Virus record (IMG/VR): IMGVR_UViG_2595698890_000001
Span: 14,752 to 78,751 of that record
Direction: 5' to 3' (one strand)
DNA: 64,000 nt
From: a virus
Taxonomy: Duplodnaviria; Caudoviricetes
Position 1 is the stretch's first letter. Each line of letters starts with the position of its first letter. The notes under the pieces are model-generated. The model ran no database searches, was not told the DNA's origin, and saw only the letters and a program-made list of their open reading frames with translations. Positions 40,450 through 49,645 of the stretch are shown here, piece after piece. The translations under genes and the position numbers were made by a program.

Positions 40450-41612
40450 TGTCAAGACGTGATCGTAACAGTCGTGGTGGTCGTAAAGGTTTCGAGTACA
40501 AGAAACGTTCTAAAGAGCAGGTACAGAAACGTGCCGACCAGTCTTCAGGCGACTTTAAGTCAATCTTCAAAGACGGCATTAAGCTGTTTAAGCCTAAGAA
40601 GGGCGACAACGCAATCCGCATCCTCCCGGCTACTTGGGAAGACCCGGACCACTACGCACTAGACGTGCATGTCCACTACGGTGTTGGTGCTGACGAAGAG
40701 CGCGTGCTAGCACTACACGAGATGTTAGGTGAAGATGACCCAATCCGTGAGATGCGCATGGACTACGAGCAAGCTGGCAACAAGGAGATGGCTAAGGCTT
40801 GTCGTCCGGGACGTGCTTGTGCGATGTGGGTAATCGACTTGGACAACGAAGCTGAAGGTCCGCAGATGTACCTAGCGCCACCTACGGTAGACGCTGGTAT
40901 CGCGCAGGTTAGTATCGACAAGCGTTCTGGTGAGATGTACGACATTGACGACCCAGACAACGGCTACGAAGTCTACTTTACTAAACAGGGCGAAGGGATG
41001 AACACGAAGTACGTGGGCTTCCAGATTTCACGCAACCCATCTGAAGTAGATGAAGAGCACTTAGATTACGCCATCGAGAACCCAATCCCGGACTGCTTAG
41101 TTTACTTAGAGTACGACGAGATTGCTAAGATGATCGACGGCTGGGAACCAACTCCACGCGGTAAAGGTGGTAAAGACGGTGGTAAAGAAAAGCCTAAATC
41201 ATATCGCGGACGTGACCGTGATCGCGGTGACGACGCTGATGATAGCCGCAGCCGTCGCGGTGGCAGCGACGATAGCAAGTCTGGCGGTGATCGCGGTGAA
41301 GGTGATTACCAATACGATGACGTTATGGCGGCAGACTGGGAAGAGCTTGAGCAGATTATCGAGCTTGAAGAACTTGACATTGACCCAATGGACTTTGACG
41401 AAGATGACCAAGAAGGCTGTGCTAAAGCAATCTGTGAAGAACTGGGCATTGAGAAACCTAAGCCTACTCGCTCTGCTCGCGGTGGCTCTCGTCGTAGCCG
41501 TGGCGGTGATAGTGACGATGGTGATTCTCGATCTTCCCGCCGCCGTGGTCGTGGCGACGACGGTGATGACAGCTCTGAACGCGTTCGCGGTATGCGTCGA
41601 AATCGTCGCTAA
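40449..41612 (+). CDS. Single-stranded DNA-binding protein (T4 gp32-like core) with long RG/RS-rich tail
   Basis: GDNAIRILP, VHYG, DPDNGY, KQGEGMNTKY core motifs. Confidence 0.75.
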   Translation: MSRRDRNSRGGRKGFEYKKRSKEQVQKRADQSSGDFKSIFKDGIKLFKPKKGDNAIRILPATWEDPDHYALDVHVHYGVGADEERVLALHEMLGEDDPIREMRMDYEQAGNKEMAKACRPGRACAMWVIDLDNEAEGPQMYLAPPTVDAGIAQVSIDKRSGEMYDIDDPDNGYEVYFTKQGEGMNTKYVGFQISRNPSEVDEEHLDYAIENPIPDCLVYLEYDEIAKMIDGWEPTPRGKGGKDGGKEKPKSYRGRDRDRGDDADDSRSRRGGSDDSKSGGDRGEGDYQYDDVMAADWEELEQIIELEELDIDPMDFDEDDQEGCAKAICEELGIEKPKPTRSARGGSRRSRGGDSDDGDSRSSRRRGRGDDGDDSSERVRGMRRNRR

Positions 41613-41641
41613 GTATCGTAAAGAAGTAGATTAGTAAAACC

Positions 41642-41664
41642 AAGGGAGGCGAAAGTCTCCCTTT
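41642..41664 (+). terminator. Intrinsic terminator
   Basis: AAGGGAGGC-GAAA-GTCTCCCTTT. Confidence 0.7.
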
Positions 41665-41681
41665 CGTTAGTTCTGGAGAAA

Positions 41682-42323
41682 GTGAAAATGACTCGTGGTG
41701 TTATCGTAGCAATTGAGGGCTTTGACGGCTCAGGCAAATCAACTCTTACTAAGCAGTTAGTAGAAGAGCTTAGTAATTACAACGTTCGTGTAGTGCAAAC
41801 TCGTCAACCGGGCGGGACTCCCTTCGCGGAAGAAATCCGCTCCTTACTAATGACCGGGCAGCGTGACCGCAGCCAGCGTGTCGAAGCACATCTATTCCTA
41901 GCCGCTCGACACGACTTATACGACAAGCTGATCCAGCCCGAAGTAGAAGCGGGTAGTATTGTGGTCTGTGACCGACATTACATCTCATCCCTAGCCAACC
42001 AGCCGGAATGTGCCGAGATGTTCCTACAAGACCGTGTGTTTGACCCGGACGTGTGGATCATGGCTCGATGCCCATTCCCGGTGTGTATTACCCGCAGTGA
42101 AGCGCGTGGCGATACGGACGCGTTCAGTGATGACGACCTAGTGGAGAAGCGTGCCCAGTATGACCGCTACCAGCACGGCTTACGCTCGGCTAAGCAATTT
42201 AGTGCTACCGACTCAATCTTTACCATCGACACGGACCTAGGATTAACAAGCTCACGTGAGCAGGTGAAGAAGGTTGCCAGCTACATCGTAAACCTAAACA
42301 AACAACGTCCGTATAATTCATAG
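41682..42323 (+). CDS. tmk: Thymidylate kinase
   Basis: IEGFDGSGKST, RQPGGT, LFLAAR, CDR. Confidence 0.9.
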   Translation: MKMTRGVIVAIEGFDGSGKSTLTKQLVEELSNYNVRVVQTRQPGGTPFAEEIRSLLMTGQRDRSQRVEAHLFLAARHDLYDKLIQPEVEAGSIVVCDRHYISSLANQPECAEMFLQDRVFDPDVWIMARCPFPVCITRSEARGDTDAFSDDDLVEKRAQYDRYQHGLRSAKQFSATDSIFTIDTDLGLTSSREQVKKVASYIVNLNKQRPYNS

Positions 42324-42351
42324 TGTTCAATGCACTTTAAGGTTAGTAAAA

Positions 42352-43464
42352 ATGACAGAAACAAGACGCCGCCGTACTAAAGCTGTTGAGAAGGACGAGG
42401 CTAAGAAGCCACGTACACGCCGCTCAAAAGCTCCAGAAACGGCTTCAGAAGAAAAACCGAAGGAACGTGCGAACGCGTACTTCGTATCCACGGAGAAAGG
42501 CGTGGAGGGCTTTTCTACCGGGTGTTGTTTGTTCGACCAAGCCCTAGGTGGTATCGGGTGGGCTACCCGTCGTATCATCAACATCGTAGGTGACAAATCG
42601 ACTGGTAAGACACTCTTAGCCATCGAAGGTATGATCAACTTCCACCGCACCTTCATCGATCAGAACCCGCGTATCATTTACAAGGAGTGTGAATCCGCGT
42701 TCGACGAGCCGTACGCAGCTGCTCTAGGCTTACCACTGGACGACATCGAGGTAGACGACGACCTTGATACCGTGGAAGACATGTACGAAGACATCGAGCG
42801 CATCGTTATGGAAGCAGAGCGAGACCCGCGCCCTATACTGTACATCGTGGATAGCTTGGATGGTCTAAGTGACCGCGCGGAACAGGGTCGTAAGATTGAC
42901 GAAGCCAGCTATGGTCAGGATAAGGCTAAGAAGCTTTCAGAGTTCTTCCGTAAGAAGAAGAAGGTGATGTCTAAGGCTAACATTACTTTACTAATAGTAA
43001 GCCAGATTCGTGATAACATTAACGCCGCTGCCTTTGGTAAAAAGTCAAAGCGCTCAGGCGGCAAGGCTTTGGACTTTTATTGTAGTCAAGTAGTGTGGCT
43101 AGCAAACCTAGGCAAAGTGACTAAGGCTGTCAAAGGCAAGAAGCGTATCGTTGGGGTAGACATCCGAGCAGCTATCGAGAAGAACAAGGTGGGCAACCCA
43201 TTCCGCACCGCCGATTACCCGATAATTTTTGGGTATGGCTGTGATGACATCTACGCTTCCGTTGAGTGGCTACAGTCAAACGTGGGCTGGGATGTGCTTG
43301 AGGACCTAGGCTTCAAGAAGACCACCTACAAAGCTATGTGCGCTAAGATCCGCGATAAAGGTGGTGTAGAGGCTAAGGAGTTACGGGAGAAGCTGAACGC
43401 CTTAGTAATCCACCACTGGCAAGAGATAGAGCTAGATCTTATGCCTCAAAGCAGCAAGTATTAA
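42352..43464 (+). CDS. recA: RecA / UvsX-like recombinase
   Basis: GDKSTGKT, IVDSL, SQIR, GGKALDFY, KNKVGNPFR. Confidence 0.9.
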   Translation: MTETRRRRTKAVEKDEAKKPRTRRSKAPETASEEKPKERANAYFVSTEKGVEGFSTGCCLFDQALGGIGWATRRIINIVGDKSTGKTLLAIEGMINFHRTFIDQNPRIIYKECESAFDEPYAAALGLPLDDIEVDDDLDTVEDMYEDIERIVMEAERDPRPILYIVDSLDGLSDRAEQGRKIDEASYGQDKAKKLSEFFRKKKKVMSKANITLLIVSQIRDNINAAAFGKKSKRSGGKALDFYCSQVVWLANLGKVTKAVKGKKRIVGVDIRAAIEKNKVGNPFRTADYPIIFGYGCDDIYASVEWLQSNVGWDVLEDLGFKKTTYKAMCAKIRDKGGVEAKELREKLNALVIHHWQEIELDLMPQSSKY

Positions 43465-43483
43465 CTTTAGTAAAGGAGGCGGT

Positions 43484-43996
43484 ATGCCTATTCAAGTTGC
43501 AACTAAGAAACCAGTCCCGGTACAGTTCGTAGTGTGGAAGGGGGATAACCTAAAAGAAGTGCTCGACTTCACAGGTAAGCATCCGAAGTTTGACGAGTGG
43601 TTCGACAGCTTTGAAGACTTCCAACGCCACGTGCAAGCAGACGGCTGCATCTTCAAAATCCTTACTAAAGAAGGTACTATGAAGGCGCTAGTGGGTGACT
43701 ACATCATCCGTGGTGTTAAAGGCGAGCATTACCCATGCAAACCAGAAATCTTCCTTCAGACCTACGAGATTGGGCTGAAGCCTGAGATGAGCACTTCAGA
43801 GATCCAGATTGCCTTGCAGAAGTGTGATGGATACGGTGAGTGGATGCTTAACTGGGTAGCGGTAGAGTACGTAGGAAACGAGTTCCAGCGTATCCCGGTG
43901 TTTATCTGCTACCACCCAGACGAGACGCCGTTCTTCGCCTCGTCCGACCCACAGCTAGCGGTACGAGCTTTCGCAAAGTACCCATACAAGGGATAA
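43484..43996 (+). CDS. Conserved phage protein (KKPV...[18 protein letters not shown] family)
   Basis: Recognisable widespread phage motif; function not established here. Confidence 0.7.
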   Translation: [170 protein letters not shown]

Positions 43997-44008
43997 CTTT
44001 AGTAAACT

Positions 44009-44027
44009 AGGGGACTTCGGTCCCCTT
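44009..44027 (+). terminator. Hairpin, probable terminator
   Basis: AGGGGAC-TTCG-GTCCCCTT; identical stem at 51797. Confidence 0.6.
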
Positions 44028-44045
44028 CATACATTGGAGACCAGC

Positions 44046-44636
44046 ATGATCGAAGAAGACCTGTACATGGGCTTAGACTGCTCCCTAAACAACTCGGGCA
44101 TTACGATCTTTGGTAAGCAAACAGGATACATCTATGAGAGCATCAAGCCTAAGTGCCAAGGGTATGAGCGCCTTGCTTTTATCCACGATAGTCTTACTAA
44201 AATACTCGATAAATACCCGAACATCAAAGGAGCTAACATCGAGCGGTATGCCTACGGCAAGGGCGGTGATAATAAGTCCAATGCCGGGATGGTATTCAAC
44301 ATCGGTGAAGGCGGTGGCGTCGTGCGACTGGCGTTATTTTCGAAGCAAATACCTGTCCTCCTCACTAGCCCGAATACTGGGAAGAAGTACGCTACTGGAA
44401 AGGGTACAGGCGGCAAGGAAATAATCCTGAAGGAAGTGTACAAACGCTTCGGAGAGGACCTTAACGACGACAACCTCGCCGACGCTTTAGTAATGGCACG
44501 TATAGCTTACCACTGGTTTACAGATGACTACGAAGGTCTTACTAAGGCTCAGATAGAAGCGGTAAAAGCTGCCTCTCTCGAATACGAGCCGCCTAAGCCT
44601 AAGAGTCGCCGCAAAAGGAGAGTAACTAAGAAATGA
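44046..44636 (+). CDS. RuvC-like Holliday junction resolvase
   Basis: MGLDCSLNNSG, IE, KKYATGKG, DDNLADA. Confidence 0.85.
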   Translation: MIEEDLYMGLDCSLNNSGITIFGKQTGYIYESIKPKCQGYERLAFIHDSLTKILDKYPNIKGANIERYAYGKGGDNKSNAGMVFNIGEGGGVVRLALFSKQIPVLLTSPNTGKKYATGKGTGGKEIILKEVYKRFGEDLNDDNLADALVMARIAYHWFTDDYEGLTKAQIEAVKAASLEYEPPKPKSRRKRRVTKK

Positions 44637-45628
44637 ATCGCCTGATTTGCGCGGATACTCATTTCACACCAAAGCCCCTAGACGAGTACCGTTGGGGGCT
44701 TTTTGAGTATCTGAAGAAGTGGTGTGTTAAGTACGAGGTAGACGAGCTTTGGATCTTAGGAGATATGACCGACGCTAAAGAAGGTCACAATGCTGAGTTC
44801 GTCAACCGTTTAGTAAACTGCATCTCGGAGCTCGCGGAGGTAGTTCCGGTATATATCTTGAGAGGAAATCATGATTACGCTGTTTCACACTGCGCCTTCT
44901 TTGAATTTTTACGCAAGCTGCCTAATGTGTATTGGATTGACCGCCCTACTACTGTGTACGGCGTTCGCTGCTTTCCACACAGCAAGAACCCTGCGGAAGA
45001 TTGGAAGACGCTGTTGGACGACCTTGACGAGTACGATTACGCGTTTTTCCACCAGTGCTTTGTTGGATCGAAATCAAGCCTAGGTCATATACTAGAGGGG
45101 ACCGACCTAGACCTTACTAAACTTAAACACTGTAAAGTCTACGCCGGGGACATCCACCTACCGCAAACTGTTCGCGGTATCGAGTACGTGGGAAGTCCTT
45201 ACCCTACCACTTACGGGGACCGCTTCCTTGGTCGATGTCTGTTGGAAACGCCAGAAGGTAGAATCCAGCTGCACTACCCTACGATCCAGAAATGCACCCT
45301 AGTGGTAGGGTCCGTGCCGGAGATTTACGAGGCTCACCTTTACCCGGGAGACCAAGTTAAGATCCGCTACAAGATTAGTAAGAAGGACCGTGCTGAGTGG
45401 ACTAACATCAAGAACACCATCAAAGCCGCTTGCGATGACTTGGGAGTAGTGCTTGGTGGCGTTGAGCTCATCACAGACGTGGTTGAAAAGGTTGAGCCGA
45501 AGGAGAGTTCATCTGAAGTGCTAAAAGCCTCAGAGAGCTCCATCCTGAAGCAATTCGCAGTAAAAGAAGACCTGCCGGACGACTACTTAAACACAGGGCT
45601 TATAATTCTCCGGGAGGGTGAGCTATGA
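44633..45628 (+). CDS. Mre11 / SbcD-like nuclease
   Basis: ADTH, LGD, GNHD, GDIH, YVGSP. Confidence 0.9.
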   Translation: MNRLICADTHFTPKPLDEYRWGLFEYLKKWCVKYEVDELWILGDMTDAKEGHNAEFVNRLVNCISELAEVVPVYILRGNHDYAVSHCAFFEFLRKLPNVYWIDRPTTVYGVRCFPHSKNPAEDWKTLLDDLDEYDYAFFHQCFVGSKSSLGHILEGTDLDLTKLKHCKVYAGDIHLPQTVRGIEYVGSPYPTTYGDRFLGRCLLETPEGRIQLHYPTIQKCTLVVGSVPEIYEAHLYPGDQVKIRYKISKKDRAEWTNIKNTIKAACDDLGVVLGGVELITDVVEKVEPKESSSEVLKASESSILKQFAVKEDLPDDYLNTGLIILREGEL

Positions 45629-47481
45629 GTTTGCATTTACTAAATATCCGTGGAGAGAAGTTCAAGAGCTTTGTGGAGCCCTTCGATTTCTGCCTAAACC
45701 GACAGCCGGGGTTGTACCTACTGCGGGGTGATAACGTAGCCGAGCCGAGCCTAGGTGGTAACGGTGTTGGTAAGTCTACCATCTGGGACGCACTATTCTG
45801 GGCATTCACCGGGACGACGTTGCGTAACCTGAAGAACACAGACGTGAAGCCTTGGGGAACATCTGGAAGTACTTGGGTGGAGTTCCAAGCGTGTTTGGAT
45901 GAGGACCTGATCACGGTACGCCGCCAGACATCACCGAACGCGTTGACTATCGAGTCTGACAACCACCAGACAGGACCACAGGACATCTCTACAGAGGAGT
46001 TACTAAGATTCTTCAACATGGATGAAACCCAGCTCTTGCACTCTCTGATTGTCGGTCAGTTTGGGACATTCTTCTTTGATATGCTCCCGGCTAAGAAGCA
46101 GGAACTCTTCTCATCCATCTTGTCGCTCGATGTCTGGATCAGCCGCAGTAAAGTAGCTGGTCAGATGGTTAAGGACATGAAGAACGCCCTCCAGCTGGCA
46201 GAGGTCGAGTACGGTAAGCTTGAGTCTGCGCTGGCTACGCTTGGTAAGGTAGGATACGAGGGAGATGCCGACCAGTGGGAAGAGGAGCACGCCATCGAGC
46301 TTGAGGAGTGGGAAGCCACTATCGAACGTCTAAAGCACGAGCTTGGCACTAAGGACATTAGTAAGATTGATAAGGACCGTACGTGGGCTGAGCAATTACT
46401 AAATGACGTAGAGAGCACCCTCCGGGAGATGAAGCGAGAGATCGATAACCTGAAGGAAGACATCCGGGAAGTAGAAGCAGACAAGCGGGACGCCGACAAT
46501 GCCATCGAGGACATGCTCAAGGACTTGGCTGTGACTATGGATCAAGGTGAGTGCTCATACTGCGGGCATGGTGTATCTGACAACGAGATAGACCGTCTGG
46601 AGAGCAGCACCCGAGTAAAAGTTGACGAGCTTGAGGATAAGATCGACAGCCTTATTGACGAGGGCAAAGAGCTGCAAAAGGACTTGAAGCCTAAGCAGGA
46701 CTACTACGAGGACCAGCAGCGTGAGCGCGAGGGACTACTAGACAAGCTTAGTAAATTAGACTCGGAAGCCCGTATGGTTTCACAGGACAGGAAGCGTATC
46801 GAGCGCGAGCTACGCCACGCTGAAGGGTCCTACGATAAACTACTACGGACAGAGAACCCTTGGGCTAAGCTGCGAGATGATAACGAGTCCGATGCAATCG
46901 AATTAGGTGCAAAGATTATCGAGTGTAACGAGACTATTAGTAACCTGAATACAGCGATAGCACGTACTCAGTACTGGGTGAAAGGATTCAAGGACGTACG
47001 CTTGTTCATGATCGATAACTACCTTGTGGACCTAGAAGTGGAGGTCAATAACTCCATCAAGCAGCTGGGATTAGATGGCTGGCGTATAGAGTTCTCCGTA
47101 GATAGGGAGACCCAGCGCGGTACGATCAAGAAAGGATTCGAGGTCTACGTGTACTCACCACGCAATACTAAGCCTGTTAAGTGGGAGTGCTGGAGTGGGG
47201 GCGAATCCTCACGACTTAAACTGGCGGGCGAGCTAGGGCTTATGGAGATGATCTTCACGGCTACCGGGCAGGAACCTAACATCGAGGTGTTTGACGAGCC
47301 GACTAGCTTTATGTCCCCAGAAGGTATCGAAGACCTTCTAGAGCTACTGCGAGAGCGTGCTTTACTAAAGCAGAAGCAGATTTATATAATCGACCACCAC
47401 TCGATCAACTTCGGAGGATTCGAGGGTGTGATCACCATTCAACGCGATAACCTAGGAAGTCGCATACTGGAGACCAGATAA
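45625..47481 (+). CDS. Rad50 / SbcC-like ATPase
   Basis: NGVGKS, coiled coil with CSYC zinc hook, WSGGE, FDE. Confidence 0.92.
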   Translation: MSLHLLNIRGEKFKSFVEPFDFCLNRQPGLYLLRGDNVAEPSLGGNGVGKSTIWDALFWAFTGTTLRNLKNTDVKPWGTSGSTWVEFQACLDEDLITVRRQTSPNALTIESDNHQTGPQDISTEELLRFFNMDETQLLHSLIVGQFGTFFFDMLPAKKQELFSSILSLDVWISRSKVAGQMVKDMKNALQLAEVEYGKLESALATLGKVGYEGDADQWEEEHAIELEEWEATIERLKHELGTKDISKIDKDRTWAEQLLNDVESTLREMKREIDNLKEDIREVEADKRDADNAIEDMLKDLAVTMDQGECSYCGHGVSDNEIDRLESSTRVKVDELEDKIDSLIDEGKELQKDLKPKQDYYEDQQREREGLLDKLSKLDSEARMVSQDRKRIERELRHAEGSYDKLLRTENPWAKLRDDNESDAIELGAKIIECNETISNLNTAIARTQYWVKGFKDVRLFMIDNYLVDLEVEVNNSIKQLGLDGWRIEFSVDRETQRGTIKKGFEVYVYSPRNTKPVKWECWSGGESSRLKLAGELGLMEMIFTATGQEPNIEVFDEPTSFMSPEGIEDLLELLRERALLKQKQIYIIDHHSINFGGFEGVITIQRDNLGSRILETR

Positions 47482-48098
47482 TGCTAAATTTTACTGTTAG
47501 TAAAACTAACCTGATTATGTTCCCGTGGGTTCGTAACACACTCGTAGCGGAAGACACACAGCCTTGTATCAGCGGCGTGTTTAACGTTAAGTTTGTGCTC
47601 AACGCAGAGTCTCAATCGGACTCGGAAGAGATTGTGGACCACTCATTCATCGACGCCTATGCGGGCATGATCGCGGACTTGTTCCGTGATACTAACATCG
47701 TGTGGGATAAGGACGAGGCTGGGCGTACGGTGGCGAAGTCCATCCACGAGTCTTACCCTCGCACTCGAATCCTGACAACGCCGTACAACCCTACTATGGA
47801 GAACGTAGCCGGGATGTTCTACGCGATTATGCACCGCGTGCTGTGTGCTAGTAACTTTACTAACTCGGAAGACCCGGACCTATGCCTTGTGTCTGTAGTG
47901 CTGGAAGACGTAACACGTGGGCATTCGGCTGAGTGTACGCAGTGGGCGCACGAGGGGCGCTACATGAAGAACGGTGCACAATTCCATTGGACGGAATCCA
48001 TCACGGACTTATCTGAGTTTGACGTGGTATCACTTTTTACTGAGGACGTTCGTATAGGTGTTCCAGTAGCAGGTACTACGGTAGACAAGTATGAGTAG
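47481..48098 (+). CDS. QueD / PTPS-like T-fold protein lacking the catalytic His residues
   Basis: NPTMENVA motif and overall spacing; no HGH. Confidence 0.5.
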   Translation: MLNFTVSKTNLIMFPWVRNTLVAEDTQPCISGVFNVKFVLNAESQSDSEEIVDHSFIDAYAGMIADLFRDTNIVWDKDEAGRTVAKSIHESYPRTRILTTPYNPTMENVAGMFYAIMHRVLCASNFTNSEDPDLCLVSVVLEDVTRGHSAECTQWAHEGRYMKNGAQFHWTESITDLSEFDVVSLFTEDVRIGVPVAGTTVDKYE

Positions 48099-48450
48099 CC
48101 AAGAATTACAAATTAACGATGTCGTGGAAGTGGTGGTTACGTCTAACCACTTCCTTGAGATGTTTAACAAGGTGGGTCGTATAACCAAGAAGCACGGCTC
48201 ATTTTACTGGGTAAAGTTCAAGTTTAATTTTAGTAACGACAATAAGCATTTACACGTTTACGACCAAGTAGACTTTGGACCTTTCAGCATCAACCAACTA
48301 AAACTATTGGAGAAATCAGAAAATGACTCAAGCAGCGAAGAAAGTACTAAGCCTGTCGCAAATCGTAGGAAAGTTCGCCGGGTGCGTAATCGAATTGAAC
48401 CGCAACCAGTTCCCCGCCCAACTAGAAGGCGTCGTGCAAGACTTAACTAA
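48091..48450 (+). CDS. Hypothetical protein (SH3/KOW-like start, Arg-rich tail)
   Basis: LQINDVVEV...VGRITK pattern; overlaps both neighbours. Confidence 0.55.
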   Translation: MSSQELQINDVVEVVVTSNHFLEMFNKVGRITKKHGSFYWVKFKFNFSNDNKHLHVYDQVDFGPFSINQLKLLEKSENDSSSEESTKPVANRRKVRRVRNRIEPQPVPRPTRRRRARLN

Positions 48451-49507
48451 CCACTTTAAGTTTTTCTCGCAGAACCTAGGCGGCGTAGACATGGTGGATT
48501 ACAGTCGTAGTGAGTTCTACGACTTACTAGAGGAGTACTTGAACCAAGATACTCGTTGTTGGGAATGGAACAAGCCGGACGGTGATGGGCACTTTATTGA
48601 CCTTACTGCGCTAGTGCAGAACGTAACCTACGAGTTGTACGGTCCGACTTCTACAGTTCATGAAGTACCGCCGAAGAATGACTACAGCCGACTAGACAGT
48701 TTCGATAGTAAGAAGACTGTTAAGGCTGCGGTAATTGCGGCATTCTCGGTAGAGCGTCGTGAAGTAGAAGTGTGCATCGAAGGTGACGACACTAACCCGA
48801 TTGAAGTAATCAAAGTAACTGACGACTTCTTCGCACGCTCACTGCCTGTAGCTGGTCAATCTGTTTTAGTAATCTATGAGAACGGCTACCAGTCACACAG
48901 CCCGTTAGACGTGTTTACTAAAGGCTATGACCGTGCGTTCGCAATCAACGACCCGGCAACTACGATGCCTACACACGCTTACGTAGAGAGCTGCCTAGGC
49001 ACCTTGTCACAAGACTACTTTGAGCCGGATGCGACGATCATCAACTGCATGAAAGAGTTCATCATTAGCGGCAACGTTCTAGATGGCTACAAGAAGTCTA
49101 CTTTCTATGGGCGTGAGCGTCCAGTCGTGGATCTGGCGGAGAAGTTGGAGATCGCGGATATTGCAGACTGGCGTCGTCTTGAGCGTAAAGAACAAGCCTT
49201 GTTCCACGCGGTGATCGGTATGGCTACTGAGAGTACGGAGCTGGTAGAGCAGATGTTTGCGTACATGTTCCAAGGCAAGGAGCTGGACACTACAAACCTT
49301 TACGAAGAGGTGGGGGATAACCTGTTCTACGTGAGCGTGCTTCTCAAGTACCTAGGCGTGTCATACGAGCAGACAATGTATGATAACCACGGCAAGCGTA
49401 TGAAGCGCTTCAAGGGTGGTCTGTACTCCTCGGAAGCTGCGATCAACCGTGATGTGGAGGCAGAGTTGCAGGAACTTACTAACAGTGGTAATCTGTCCGG
49501 GCAGTAA
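48323..49507 (+). CDS. Multidomain protein with C-terminal MazG-like NTP pyrophosphohydrolase
   Basis: HAVIGMATESTEL...EEVGDNLFY...N-GKRMKRF; central YENGYQSHSP-DVF-KGY domain. Confidence 0.8.
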   Translation: MTQAAKKVLSLSQIVGKFAGCVIELNRNQFPAQLEGVVQDLTNHFKFFSQNLGGVDMVDYSRSEFYDLLEEYLNQDTRCWEWNKPDGDGHFIDLTALVQNVTYELYGPTSTVHEVPPKNDYSRLDSFDSKKTVKAAVIAAFSVERREVEVCIEGDDTNPIEVIKVTDDFFARSLPVAGQSVLVIYENGYQSHSPLDVFTKGYDRAFAINDPATTMPTHAYVESCLGTLSQDYFEPDATIINCMKEFIISGNVLDGYKKSTFYGRERPVVDLAEKLEIADIADWRRLERKEQALFHAVIGMATESTELVEQMFAYMFQGKELDTTNLYEEVGDNLFYVSVLLKYLGVSYEQTMYDNHGKRMKRFKGGLYSSEAAINRDVEAELQELTNSGNLSGQ

Positions 49508-49560
49508 ACACGTTGTCCATTTTTGGTCTAGGCTTAGGGCTTGAGCACTAGCACTTTTTA

Positions 49561-49587
49561 GGGTCTCCTTCGGGGGACCCTTTTTTT
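49561..49587 (+). terminator. Intrinsic terminator
   Basis: GGGTCTCC-TTCG-GGGGACCC plus T7. Confidence 0.9.
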
Positions 49588-49645
49588 ATTCCCGTCCGCG
49601 ATGTATCCTATGTGGGTAAACCTACCAATCAGATCCGGGGATGCT

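Noticed and set aside
35322-42323. Hypermodified thymine or uracil genome suggested by UDG-PolA, ThyA and Tmk
   Set aside because: ThyA looks canonical and host-like, and I recognised no hydroxymethylase or base-transfer enzymes. This cannot be excluded for sequence outside the window.
47481-48098. 7-deazaguanine DNA modification pathway
   Set aside because: Only a degenerate QueD-like gene is present; no FolE, QueE, QueC or DpdA in the window.
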